Source: a virus. From it: 64,000 nucleotides of DNA. Of the stretch, positions 1 through 8,553 are shown piece after piece. Position 1 is the stretch's first letter. Each line of letters starts with the position of its first letter. The notes below the pieces were generated by a model. It did not search any database. It was not told the origin of the DNA and was given only the letters and a program-made list of their open reading frames with translations. The position numbers and the translations under genes are program-made. The DNA lies in IMG/VR virus record IMGVR_UViG_3300009502_000034, positions 14,566 to 78,565 of that record; one strand, given 5' to 3'.

Positions 1-177
1 TAGAGTTCTACCGCAGGCTCTCAGGAGGCCCTTCGGCACTTTTGATTTAAGGCAGGTTGATGATGATGGACAAAAATAAAATAACTGTAATAGACATTGT
101 CTCTATATTGGAAATAGTACTCTTGATAGCGGCTTTACTATATCTCGGTCTTAGACATTAATCTTCACGGAGGTCTA

Positions 178-420
178 ATGGGGAAAAAGGAAAGGTTGCA
201 AGAAAAAGCCGATATATTGCAGGATAAAATCAACAAGGTAGAAGGCGAGTTAAATGAGCTGGATTTAGAGGATAAGGAAAACGAATTGCAAGAGGCTCAG
301 GATTTGGTGGCGAATATAGAATCTCAGTTAGAGGATATGATATCTTCCATAGATGAGCTGGAGATCGAGAAGACAAGGCTGGAATCACAATTAGACGCTA
401 TACAAGATCAAATGGACTAG
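178..420 (+). CDS. small acidic coiled-coil protein
   Basis: GGAGG RBS upstream; E/D/L-rich heptad pattern. Confidence 0.6.
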   Translation: MGKKERLQEKADILQDKINKVEGELNELDLEDKENELQEAQDLVANIESQLEDMISSIDELEIEKTRLESQLDAIQDQMD

Positions 421-551
421 TTGCTTCTGAAATCCAACACCTTGCCGTAAAATAATTGCACTACCGAAGGGAGCAAACAGCCACATCAGAGTGCATGGAA
501 TGTGGCGGACTAGAGGTTGGCAATTGTGTTGGGTTACAATGGAGGCTGGCG

Positions 552-758
552 GTGACACATGATAAAACAAACGGCAGTATTTATATATATTTGATACCAA
601 AAGAAAGGATGAAATCACTGCATTATAACACAGCTCTGAAGCCGGTTACTAAATCGTGCATGGTAGCGGTCGACACTGACAAAGACGGCAACACGCTTGG
701 CGTAGAAATCATCTATGAGAAGCATCAAAAGATACACTCATTCATCGTACCCAAATAG
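552..758 (+). CDS. DUF2283 (YuzE-like) family protein
   Basis: GGAGG at 541-545 then in-frame GTG at 552 inside ORF 456..758; THDKTNGSIYIYL...VAVDTDKDGNTLGVEII matches the family pattern. Confidence 0.55.
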   Translation: MTHDKTNGSIYIYLIPKERMKSLHYNTALKPVTKSCMVAVDTDKDGNTLGVEIIYEKHQKIHSFIVPK

Positions 759-764
759 GAGAGC

Positions 765-935
765 ATGAATATATCCGTTGACGACATAGAAAAGGGCATA
801 CACGATATAGTGAAACAGCCGGACGGCATTAGGCGTCTTGCTGAGGTCATTCATTTAATTCTGAGTGATATGGAATCAACAGCAATGAATACGAAAAAGG
901 CTGTTATTGTTATTAATCAACACAAGGACAACTAA
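765..935 (+). CDS. 56 aa hypothetical protein (not in ORF track)
   Basis: AGGAG RBS, ATG 765, TAA overlapping the next ATG (TAATG); MNISVDDIEKGIHDIVKQPDGIRRLAEVI... Confidence 0.55.
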   Translation: MNISVDDIEKGIHDIVKQPDGIRRLAEVIHLILSDMESTAMNTKKAVIVINQHKDN

Positions 936-1423
936 TGCAGAACAATGCGAAACATAAAATAGAACAGTTGGGGATGTCTGAGGGCAAGGCTCGTAGACGG
1001 CTTGAGAAGAAGTTTATATTTATGCTTATAGAGAAAGCTGGTATGAATGTTTGTTATAAGTGTCTTAAGCCAATGACAGCGGATACGTATTCTGTAGAAC
1101 ATAAGAAGGAATGGTTGTATTCAGAGGATCCGGTAAATGCTTATTTTGATATGGCTAATATAGCGTTTTCCCATAGGAAATGTAATAGGGGAACCAGAGG
1201 AATGGTCAGGAAGTCCAGGGGCACTATTTATAAAGGCATATTCAAGATTAACGATGACAAGAGAAGTAAGCTTTGGAGAGCCAATGTTTACGTGAACGGA
1301 AAGCGACATTATGTAGGAAGTTACGCCACGGATAAGGAAGCCGCCATAGCGTATGATGAGGCCGCTGTTAAATTGTTGGGCGACAGGTGTATAACTAACA
1401 AGGCGCTTCATCTTCTCCCTTAA
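935..1423 (+). CDS. HNH-type endonuclease with C-terminal AP2 DNA-binding domain
   Basis: CYKC...SVEHKK...SHRKCN HNH-like core; YKGI...WRANVYVNGKRHYVGSYATDKEAAIAYDEAA AP2 motif. Confidence 0.8.
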   Translation: MQNNAKHKIEQLGMSEGKARRRLEKKFIFMLIEKAGMNVCYKCLKPMTADTYSVEHKKEWLYSEDPVNAYFDMANIAFSHRKCNRGTRGMVRKSRGTIYKGIFKINDDKRSKLWRANVYVNGKRHYVGSYATDKEAAIAYDEAAVKLLGDRCITNKALHLLP

Positions 1424-1585
1424 AAGCATTATTCTATAATGCTTTCCAGTCACTATACTCTCTCAACAACGTGAAAACGCATTATTATATAAGTGGTTTT
1501 AGAGGCTGTTTTCGTGAAAAGTGGACTTCAAACGCTCAACACCTTAAGAATAAGCCTTATGCCATAATGTGTTTTAAGCATATTT

Positions 1586-1661
1586 TCCCGAGTAACTCAG
1601 CTGGCAGAGTGCGAAACTGTTAATTTCGATGTCCCACGTTCGATCCGTGGCTCGGGAGCCA
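1586..1661 (+). tRNA. tRNA-Asn(GTT)
   Basis: acceptor TCCCGAG/CTCGGGA, anticodon arm CGAAA-CTGTTAA-TTTCG, T-arm GTTCGATCC, encoded CCA; 76 nt. Confidence 0.95.
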
Positions 1662-1671
1662 ATATCAATGT

Positions 1672-2008
1672 GGGGGTGACTAGTATCGACCGGAAGTTGA
1701 AGTCTGTATTGCCTGTTGAGGTTGAGTCTCCTCGTTAAAAAGATTCAAAAAACAAAAGCTAACTCAAACTTAGCTCTGGCAGCTTAGCTGTCACGCCCAC
1801 TTTTCCTTGCTCACGTGGTTAAAATGGGCGTCATTACAGTGAGATATATCTACTAGTGCGTATGAGAGTAGACGAAAAACAATACGCTGAGGCGTGTCAA
1901 GGTTTGCGCATTTGTCTTTGATGCCCTAAAGCTACAATTGCGCTACACAGGTAGATATACATGCGGACGCTTTTTGGGACCCGGGTGCGAATCCCGGCAC
2001 CTCCACCA
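1672..2008 (+). ncRNA. ssrA: tmRNA (transfer-messenger RNA)
   Basis: 5' GGGGGTG pairs with 3' CACCTCC-ACCA including the G3:U alanine determinant; T-arm CCGGGTGCGAATCCCGG; tag reading frame 1758-1787 ANSNLALAA*. Confidence 0.93.
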
Positions 2009-2016
2009 AATTACTA

Positions 2017-2045
2017 TTGACAAGCAATATTACATGTGGTATACT
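2017..2045 (+). promoter_or_regulatory. sigma70-type promoter (extended -10)
   Basis: TTGACA (2017-2022), 17 nt spacer, TG-N-TATACT (2040-2045) upstream of the glycosyltransferase. Confidence 0.75.
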
Positions 2046-2066
2046 TTTATCAATTAAGGAGACGAG

Positions 2067-4112
2067 ATGAAAACTATTTCAGCATGCATAATTTGTAAAA
2101 ACGAAGAGCCAGTTCTAGATAAAATGTTTAATAGTATTAAGTCTGTAGTCGATGAAATCATTTTTGTAGATACCGGCAGTACAGATAAGTCTAAAGATAT
2201 AGCCGCTAAATACGGCGCAAAGATATATGATTTCCCATGGACTGGTTCTTTTTCTGATGCACGTAATGAAGCCATGAAACATGCAACGAAGGATTTTATA
2301 TTTCAAATAGATTGTGATGAAACCCTAACATCTCAGAGCGTTGCAGAGTTGCAAAGATTAAAAAACTGCGATCTGAAATTATATAATGTCACCATGCACA
2401 ATTTTTTAGATACCGGTGATATGGTCGTGAGCAATAATTTTAGATTATTTCCCAATGATAAAGAGTTAGTGTATGAATTGCCGATACATGAGAATGTATC
2501 TGACTATAAAAATAAATATAAAATAGACGGTACGTCAATTATATTAGATCACTACGGATACACTAAATCCGAGAAAGATAGAAAGGGCTCTGATAAACGA
2601 AATTATGATATGCTTAAAGAGTGTGTTGATAAAGAACCCAATAACCCTTACTTTATATATCATTTTGCGCAACAGTGTTTTCTTGCTAAAAAATATGAAG
2701 ATGCATATAAGTTTTATATGCAAGTTGTTGATATATTAAAAGCTGATCCTAAACATTTTTATGCAAACTATCTTCCGCTTTCATATGACGGAGCAGCTGT
2801 TTGTGCGACGACAATCAATGATATTAATAAAATTAATGCGCTTAAGGATGTTGAAACAACGTCATCAGCATTCTATTTAAATTTAGGTACGTTCTGCGAA
2901 AACGCAAATCTATTAGATGCAGCGATAACGCTATATGATAAAGCGTGCTACTGTACTAAGTTAATAGGAAAATTGTTGAGCTATGATAATGGCGCAATGA
3001 CGTGGAAACCATATGCTAGCTTAGGCAATGCATACTTTAAGGCCGGGAAGATAAGCAAGGCAATAGATGCATACAGGCTGGCATTAAGCGAGAACCAAGT
3101 TTTGCCAGAGATATGGGCACAGGCTAGCAGACTTTATATTGCTCTTGAAAATATTCCAATGGCTGAAACCTATATGAAGGAAGCCATCAAACATAAAAAT
3201 GATAAGGTAAATAATATCGCACTAGCCAATATATACATTGCTAGCGAGCGGTTAAAGCCTGGGGTAGAACTCTATTTTAAGTGGGCGTCACCAGAACAGT
3301 TGATAGCCTTGATGCAAGAGATGCATAGAAATGGATTTACCGATATAGTCGACGATATTCAACATGTATTAGATAGTAGGGAACATGCGTTTACGATGCC
3401 TAATGTTGACATGCCGTTGCTAGAAAACTCAGTAACGATTATCATGCCAACGTTGTTGGTGGCTCCAGCAAGGTGGATAGAAAGATCGTTGGAAGAGGCT
3501 GAGAAGTGTAAATACATCAAGAAAGTAATAGTGATAGACAATACCGCTAAGAAGGAATTTAAGAGCAAAATAAAGTTTGGAAATAAAGTTATGGTCGTGG
3601 ATGACCAGCCAGATTTACAGGTCAACCCAGCCTGGAACTATGGCGTTAATTTGTGCGACACCAAGTACTATCTTCTTTTGAATGACGATATATTGTGGAA
3701 CAGTGATGTTATACAAAGTTGTTTAAACGTGGTCGAAAAGAATGACAGGTATTCCGTGTTGACTGTCGTCACTCGTAGAGAAAGTTTTGATGAATATAAT
3801 AAGGGGTTTCCGGTAACGACGCCAAAGATTATCACAGCAGCAGTCCCGCTGAATCATATTGAAGGCGGTTGGTTCGTATTCGGGAAGAAGGATGAATGGA
3901 TAAATATTCCTAGCGAATTAAAGATTTTTTATGGTGATAATTTTATATTTGAGAATGCTGTTATAAAGCATAAAAAGAAAATAGGCAAGATTTTAACGCA
4001 GTATATTTGTCATATAGTGTCTATCACCGTAACATCTCTTCATCTTTATGAGGAAGGATTATTGCAAACAGAAGGTAAGATATATGAAAAGATCAGAGCG
4101 AAAATAAGGTAG
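2067..4112 (+). CDS. GT2 glycosyltransferase with TPR region and a second C-terminal GT2-like domain
   Basis: N-term CIICKNEE...EIIFVDTGSTD...FSDARN...IDCDE; helical TPR-like middle; second TIIMPT...VIVIDN...NPAWNYG...LLLNDD domain. Confidence 0.85.
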   Translation: MKTISACIICKNEEPVLDKMFNSIKSVVDEIIFVDTGSTDKSKDIAAKYGAKIYDFPWTGSFSDARNEAMKHATKDFIFQIDCDETLTSQSVAELQRLKNCDLKLYNVTMHNFLDTGDMVVSNNFRLFPNDKELVYELPIHENVSDYKNKYKIDGTSIILDHYGYTKSEKDRKGSDKRNYDMLKECVDKEPNNPYFIYHFAQQCFLAKKYEDAYKFYMQVVDILKADPKHFYANYLPLSYDGAAVCATTINDINKINALKDVETTSSAFYLNLGTFCENANLLDAAITLYDKACYCTKLIGKLLSYDNGAMTWKPYASLGNAYFKAGKISKAIDAYRLALSENQVLPEIWAQASRLYIALENIPMAETYMKEAIKHKNDKVNNIALANIYIASERLKPGVELYFKWASPEQLIALMQEMHRNGFTDIVDDIQHVLDSREHAFTMPNVDMPLLENSVTIIMPTLLVAPARWIERSLEEAEKCKYIKKVIVIDNTAKKEFKSKIKFGNKVMVVDDQPDLQVNPAWNYGVNLCDTKYYLLLNDDILWNSDVIQSCLNVVEKNDRYSVLTVVTRRESFDEYNKGFPVTTPKIITAAVPLNHIEGGWFVFGKKDEWINIPSELKIFYGDNFIFENAVIKHKKKIGKILTQYICHIVSITVTSLHLYEEGLLQTEGKIYEKIRAKIR

Positions 4113-4120
4113 GAGGGAAA

Positions 4121-4483
4121 ATGTACAATAGCACAGATAAGTTTGGGTGCGACAATTGTAAACAAAGGCCAAATTGCGATCTTCCGGTCGGATATATTTC
4201 ACCCGGCAAGAATATATGTAGTTTGTGGATTGGGATAGCATCTGGAAACTTTGAAGCACCTATAACTGAATCTCCTGGGAACGTTGGTGAATTTAAAATT
4301 AATAGAGACAAAGTGGTAAAAGAATTAGCCGAAGTGCTAAACAGGAATTGTGTTGAGAATGAAAGCAACACGGCGGACTTTATATTAGCAGAATATCTCT
4401 ACGATTGTTTAGAGGCCTATAAAAAGATACATGATCGTAACGAAAAATGGTACGGAAAGGAACTTAAAATAGGAAATTTTTAA
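4121..4483 (+). CDS. hypothetical phage protein
   Basis: GGAGG RBS; N-terminal Cys cluster and C-terminal ENESNTADFILAEYL motif. Confidence 0.55.
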   Translation: MYNSTDKFGCDNCKQRPNCDLPVGYISPGKNICSLWIGIASGNFEAPITESPGNVGEFKINRDKVVKELAEVLNRNCVENESNTADFILAEYLYDCLEAYKKIHDRNEKWYGKELKIGNF

Positions 4484-4493
4484 AGGAGGCAGT

Positions 4494-4802
4494 ATGGCAA
4501 ATACCGGAAAAGAAGTGACCATAAACATGGCGCTAGGGAAGTTGAAATCCCTGCACCAGAGGCACTCGGAGCTTTGCACTCTGAGGAACATCAACGCTCG
4601 TAGGGTCGAGCGGTTCGGGTATGGCAAGGACGGAGAGAAAGAGGTCTCCGAGCCAACATACTCGGCAATAGAACTGGATAAGAAAATATCCAGGATAGCC
4701 AAGGAGATACGTCTCCTTGATGAGTCCATCAAAGCGACCAATCAAGTTACGGCCGTTAAGGACTATCTTTGGGATGACGAGGTCCTTTCAGAGATACTGT
4801 AA
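4494..4802 (+). CDS. short DIP1984-like coiled-coil protein
   Basis: AAGGAGG RBS; C-terminus ELDKKISRIAKEIRLLDESIKATNQVT resembles the DIP1984 family C-terminal helix as recalled, not searched. Confidence 0.5.
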   Translation: MANTGKEVTINMALGKLKSLHQRHSELCTLRNINARRVERFGYGKDGEKEVSEPTYSAIELDKKISRIAKEIRLLDESIKATNQVTAVKDYLWDDEVLSEIL

Positions 4803-4810
4803 ATAATTCT

Positions 4811-5225
4811 CGGCATGCTTGTTGGCAGTCGCTCTGCCTAAGACGGGTATGATATTAGAGCTCCCTTGTCGAGAGAGATATAATCAGTCTTTGCGGGCTG
4901 AGGACAGATAGAGCTCGAGTCTTGTCTCCACTTCACTTATTGAGCTCGATAATCAAAAGCATAAAGTGACTTGGCGGGAATGGGCGTTACCACTAGTGCC
5001 ATTCAAACATACAGGTATGTTGGTGCCTGGTCGTCGGTGACCGGTACCTAACTTGTTGGTTGTTGATTTTTGATGTGCCACCCTTATGGGTTTGATTATT
5101 TTAATTCTTTAAGGTTGGTTGTTACCTCTGTCAGCTCGCTTATAAAATATTAACGCTGGTGCACGACCAAACGAGGACGGCTAACAAATGGCTCGTCTGG
5201 AGTAGATCCCTTAAATCGTATGCTG
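4811..5225 (+). ncRNA. putative large structured non-coding RNA (~415 nt)
   Basis: nested long-range helices 4811-18/5218-25, 4841-48/5191-98, 4858-62/5133-37, 4903-08/5127-32, 4949-57/5091-99, plus local hairpins; no ORF of 60 aa or more. Confidence 0.6.
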
Positions 5226-5282
5226 CTTAAATATCTGCTGGTGTCTGATGCAGATTGCCAGCCTCTTAATTTAGGAGAATGC

Positions 5283-5648
5283 ATGAAAAGATTTACAATA
5301 GAAGATCCAGTATACGGTCAACATCTGCATGTTGTATTAAACACATCCCCTAAGGCATTTTTCAAATTAGTGAAATCAGAAATAAAAATTGGCACGTTTA
5401 GCAAGGATGACGATATAACACCAACCGATGGCGCAGCGTATTTTATGTTTAAAGACAATAGCGGAGATGAGCATTGTTATCTTTGGATGGAATCTTTTAA
5501 TAAGAGCACGCATAATATAAGCGCATTAATACATGAGCTGTATCATCATATGTGTTACGCCATGTCATTTGTAGAAGTTAAGGATGAAGAAGCATCGGCT
5601 TATTATCTGACATTCCTTTGTAATAATGCACTCAGTAAACTAGCTTAA
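5283..5648 (+). CDS. putative HExxH metallopeptidase-like protein
   Basis: AGGAG at 5273-5277 favours ATG 5283 within ORF 5220..5648; LIHELYH...EEASAY motif. Confidence 0.55.
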   Translation: MKRFTIEDPVYGQHLHVVLNTSPKAFFKLVKSEIKIGTFSKDDDITPTDGAAYFMFKDNSGDEHCYLWMESFNKSTHNISALIHELYHHMCYAMSFVEVKDEEASAYYLTFLCNNALSKLA

Positions 5649-5657
5649 GGAGAACTC

Positions 5658-5987
5658 ATGTCTTGTGCTAAACAATTAGTAGTAGCCGTTATAAAAAATA
5701 AAGGTCGTTATTGGGTTGGCACTAACTGGTGTCACAATCCTCAGACCAAATGCCCACGTGGTGACATGCCATCCGGAGAAGGATACGAGAACTGCCAACA
5801 AATCTGTAAACAAAACGCCCATGCAGAAATAGACGCAATAGCAAATGCTGGGGAGAACGCACGTGGTGGCACACTCTATTTATATGGTCACACATATTGC
5901 TGCGAAAAATGTAGAAAGGCAATTTTAAAGGCTGGTATAGTCGGTGTTATTTACGGGTTTCCTGATGAATTTAATAAAGTGTCTTAA
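5658..5987 (+). CDS. cytidine/dCMP deaminase family protein
   Basis: HAE zinc motif and CCEKC; GTN near the N-terminus; AILKAGI. Confidence 0.8.
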   Translation: MSCAKQLVVAVIKNKGRYWVGTNWCHNPQTKCPRGDMPSGEGYENCQQICKQNAHAEIDAIANAGENARGGTLYLYGHTYCCEKCRKAILKAGIVGVIYGFPDEFNKVS

Positions 5988-5993
5988 AAAGAC

Positions 5994-6022
5994 TTGACAG
6001 GAAATATTTATTCTGCTATAAC
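5994..6022 (+). promoter_or_regulatory. sigma70-type promoter (extended -10)
   Basis: TTGACA 5994-5999, 17 nt spacer, TG-N-TATAAC 6017-6022. Confidence 0.65.
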
Positions 6023-6024
6023 CA

Positions 6025-6270
6025 ATGGAGGGTATAAAAATGGAACAAACTGTTGAGTCTCTGATTAACACATATGATATCAACGTCGGTAAAAAATATA
6101 CATGGACAAGATACGCATATGTAGTTGAGGTTAAACAAAAAGACAGGGATTTATGTAAAGTTGTTATTTTATCCGCACCAAAAAGAAAAGACCCGCACCC
6201 AACTTCTATCGGAACCTACATAACGGTTCTGCAAAAAGACTTACGCAAAATGCCGGCAAACCCATCATAA
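6025..6270 (+). CDS. hypothetical protein (start probably the second Met, after GGAGG)
   Basis: ORF lying between a promoter and a hairpin. Confidence 0.5.
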   Translation: MEGIKMEQTVESLINTYDINVGKKYTWTRYAYVVEVKQKDRDLCKVVILSAPKRKDPHPTSIGTYITVLQKDLRKMPANPS

Positions 6271-6286
6271 TCTAAATTTTAACCCA

Positions 6287-6318
6287 GGAGCTAGTAGAGA
6301 TGCCTCCCTACTAGCTCC
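6287..6318 (+). terminator. GC-rich hairpin, probable terminator
   Basis: GGAGCTAGTAG / CTACTAGCTCC perfect 11 bp stem followed by a pyrimidine-rich tract. Confidence 0.55.
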
Positions 6319-6423
6319 ACCGGCTCTCTTCGTACTTTATTCCCATCATTTTATAATCCCTCAAAACTCTTTTAAAGTCAATCTATTTTTGCATTTCTGT
6401 GTTTTCTTTCCTGTAAAACTCAT

Positions 6424-6455
6424 AAAATGGGTTATAATAAGCCTTATATTATGAG
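6424..6455 (+). promoter_or_regulatory. repeated intergenic motif, putative phage late promoter (copy 1)
   Basis: AAAATGGGTTATAATAAGCCTTATATTATGAG; near-identical copies at 16460 and 41993. Confidence 0.6.
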
Positions 6456-6493
6456 GGACATACACCTATGTCCAATAGATACAGGAGGAATTT

Positions 6494-6826
6494 ATGTCTG
6501 AATTGAAAATGAGTAAGGGAGGGCTTTTTGGCTCTAGCAATGTAGACTGGTATTTGGGCAGGGATCATCACAAGCTTTCTAAAATGAAAAAGCATTTCGT
6601 TTCAGCAATGACAGAAATGATTAAATTTGAAAGAGCAGAGTGTGCTAAGGTTCACATCGATCCACAGTTTACATTAGATAAATCTAAAAAGGTGGCCAGC
6701 ATTCTTGAACAGATCAAGGATCATTACGAGTTGGAGGCTCTTCGTCGGGTTATATTTGATCTTAATATTATCCCGGATACTTACGAAGAAATTAAAAGAG
6801 CAGGAAGCCTCTTAAGAGAAGAGTAA
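6494..6826 (+). CDS. hypothetical protein
   Basis: AGGAGG RBS; first gene after the repeated motif. Confidence 0.55.
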   Translation: MSELKMSKGGLFGSSNVDWYLGRDHHKLSKMKKHFVSAMTEMIKFERAECAKVHIDPQFTLDKSKKVASILEQIKDHYELEALRRVIFDLNIIPDTYEEIKRAGSLLREE

Positions 6827-6840
6827 TTGGAGGAATAACT

Positions 6841-8544
6841 ATGCCTGGAAAATTTAAGACAGACGAAGAAATAGCAGCTGAATTAGCTGGCGGACCATCA
6901 GCAGAATCTAAGCCGTCAAATTCAACAGAAGTTAAAACGTTAAGTGATTTGGCTAAGCCCGGTGTCGCCGATGAAATATTTAAACCTAAGGAACAATCTA
7001 AGGCTGTCAGCCCTGGCGCTGTCGGTGGAGAGATAACTGACGCAGAAGTTATTTCTAAATTAAAGGAAGCCCAATCCAAGGGTGCGCTTGCGCTCGCCAA
7101 AGCAATAGTAGAATTAATACCGGCTCTTGGGACTAAGCAATATAAAATTCTTTCAGACTACAAGGTTCCGATACAGGAGTTGTTTAAGTCTTCTGATGGT
7201 AACAAACAAACCGATAGACTTGGCAACCTTGCTTTGAAAGAGCTTAAACATAAAAAATCAATAATCGTTAAAAATGAAAAGAGTAAGGCACCAAAATCTC
7301 CTGAAGTAATATTTAAAAATCTTCACGAGTTTCTGCAGTTGAACAATACCGTTTTCCATCAAGCGTTTATAGAAACAAACGTACCCTTGGTACAGGAAAA
7401 ATTAAAATCAATCGGTATCACCATTCCAGATCCGGAAGCGTTTAAAACTGCGTATGAGAGCGCCAACAAGGAGCGTAGTTTTGATAAATTATCACAAAGT
7501 AAACTTACTGAGCCGGTTCAGAAAAATACCAAAATGTCAGCCGGAGATTTGAAGAAAATATTACAATCACCAAAGAAATATTTATCCAAGGCGTGGTCCA
7601 GCCTTGTGGCGCAAATTAAAATGGTCAGAGCTACCACAAAGGCAATAAATAATGGATTAAATGAGGTTATGAAAACACAAGGCAAGGAAATTTCTAATTT
7701 TGTCGCAACCAAGGTTTCAGATTATTTGGCTCAGCAAAAGGGGGCAGTACCGCTCACTCCAGAACAAAAGGCCGCTGAGATAGAAGAGATTACAAAGGGA
7801 CTGCATATACCAATCACGTACACTAATCAAGACTATGATAAGTTATATTTAAAACTAGAGAGCTATCTGTCTAGGCTTAAGTCTGGTATATCTGTATATG
7901 CCAAGTTGTGGGATGAGACAGGTAAGCTTTATTCTCTTGAGCAGATTACGTATAAGAGCAGCGTGGACAAGGTTAAGTATGCCGCTAACCACGCAGCTGT
8001 TGGTAAGATGTTAGAAGAACTGGACAAAAAATTATTTAAGACGCTGCAGGATACCATTACGCAGGTAGGGAAGTTTAATGTAGGGTATGACCCTAGTCTA
8101 GAATTTAGAACCATAGTTAAGGTTGCTATCAATGAACAAGGAAAGGACATGTTGGAAGAATTAGAAAAGGGCAAGGCAGGTACTATAGACACAGCCGCAA
8201 AAACTCCTCCAATCCCGCAAGATACCAAAAAGCCAGAACAAGATGGTAAAAATGTTAAGAGTTTTTGGCTTATTAATGCTGCGTCTATAATGAATGATAG
8301 GGGAGTTACTGCTTGGTTGGTCAATTACTTCACGATGGCTTATACTGATTTAGAAGGACTTTGTACAGAAGTTGAACAAACCGTCAGCACGATAGAAGCG
8401 CTGACGAGAGAACTATTCCAAATCCGCAATCAGTTAGAAGCTACAAAACGTGGGATATCTCAAGAAGAAAAGCCGGCTAATATTATGCAATTTAATCAAC
8501 AGCCTCTAGCAATGGCGGCCACGTTAAAAGATAAGTCAAAGTAA
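6841..8544 (+). CDS. large Lys-rich hypothetical protein, possible internal head protein
   Basis: GGAGG RBS; lies in the head gene cluster. Confidence 0.5.
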   Translation: MPGKFKTDEEIAAELAGGPSAESKPSNSTEVKTLSDLAKPGVADEIFKPKEQSKAVSPGAVGGEITDAEVISKLKEAQSKGALALAKAIVELIPALGTKQYKILSDYKVPIQELFKSSDGNKQTDRLGNLALKELKHKKSIIVKNEKSKAPKSPEVIFKNLHEFLQLNNTVFHQAFIETNVPLVQEKLKSIGITIPDPEAFKTAYESANKERSFDKLSQSKLTEPVQKNTKMSAGDLKKILQSPKKYLSKAWSSLVAQIKMVRATTKAINNGLNEVMKTQGKEISNFVATKVSDYLAQQKGAVPLTPEQKAAEIEEITKGLHIPITYTNQDYDKLYLKLESYLSRLKSGISVYAKLWDETGKLYSLEQITYKSSVDKVKYAANHAAVGKMLEELDKKLFKTLQDTITQVGKFNVGYDPSLEFRTIVKVAINEQGKDMLEELEKGKAGTIDTAAKTPPIPQDTKKPEQDGKNVKSFWLINAASIMNDRGVTAWLVNYFTMAYTDLEGLCTEVEQTVSTIEALTRELFQIRNQLEATKRGISQEEKPANIMQFNQQPLAMAATLKDKSK

Positions 8545-8553
8545 AGGAGTACC

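Noticed and set aside
4811-5225. Group I/II intron or riboswitch assignment for the structured region
   Set aside because: No P7 R/S elements like those at 22378-22425, no group II domain V or GUGYG boundary recognised, and the flanking genes are intact; left as an unclassified ncRNA candidate.
6345-6381. Minus-strand promoter (TTGACT...TATAAA) facing the early genes
   Set aside because: Spacer would be about 20 nt and no credible minus-strand gene follows.
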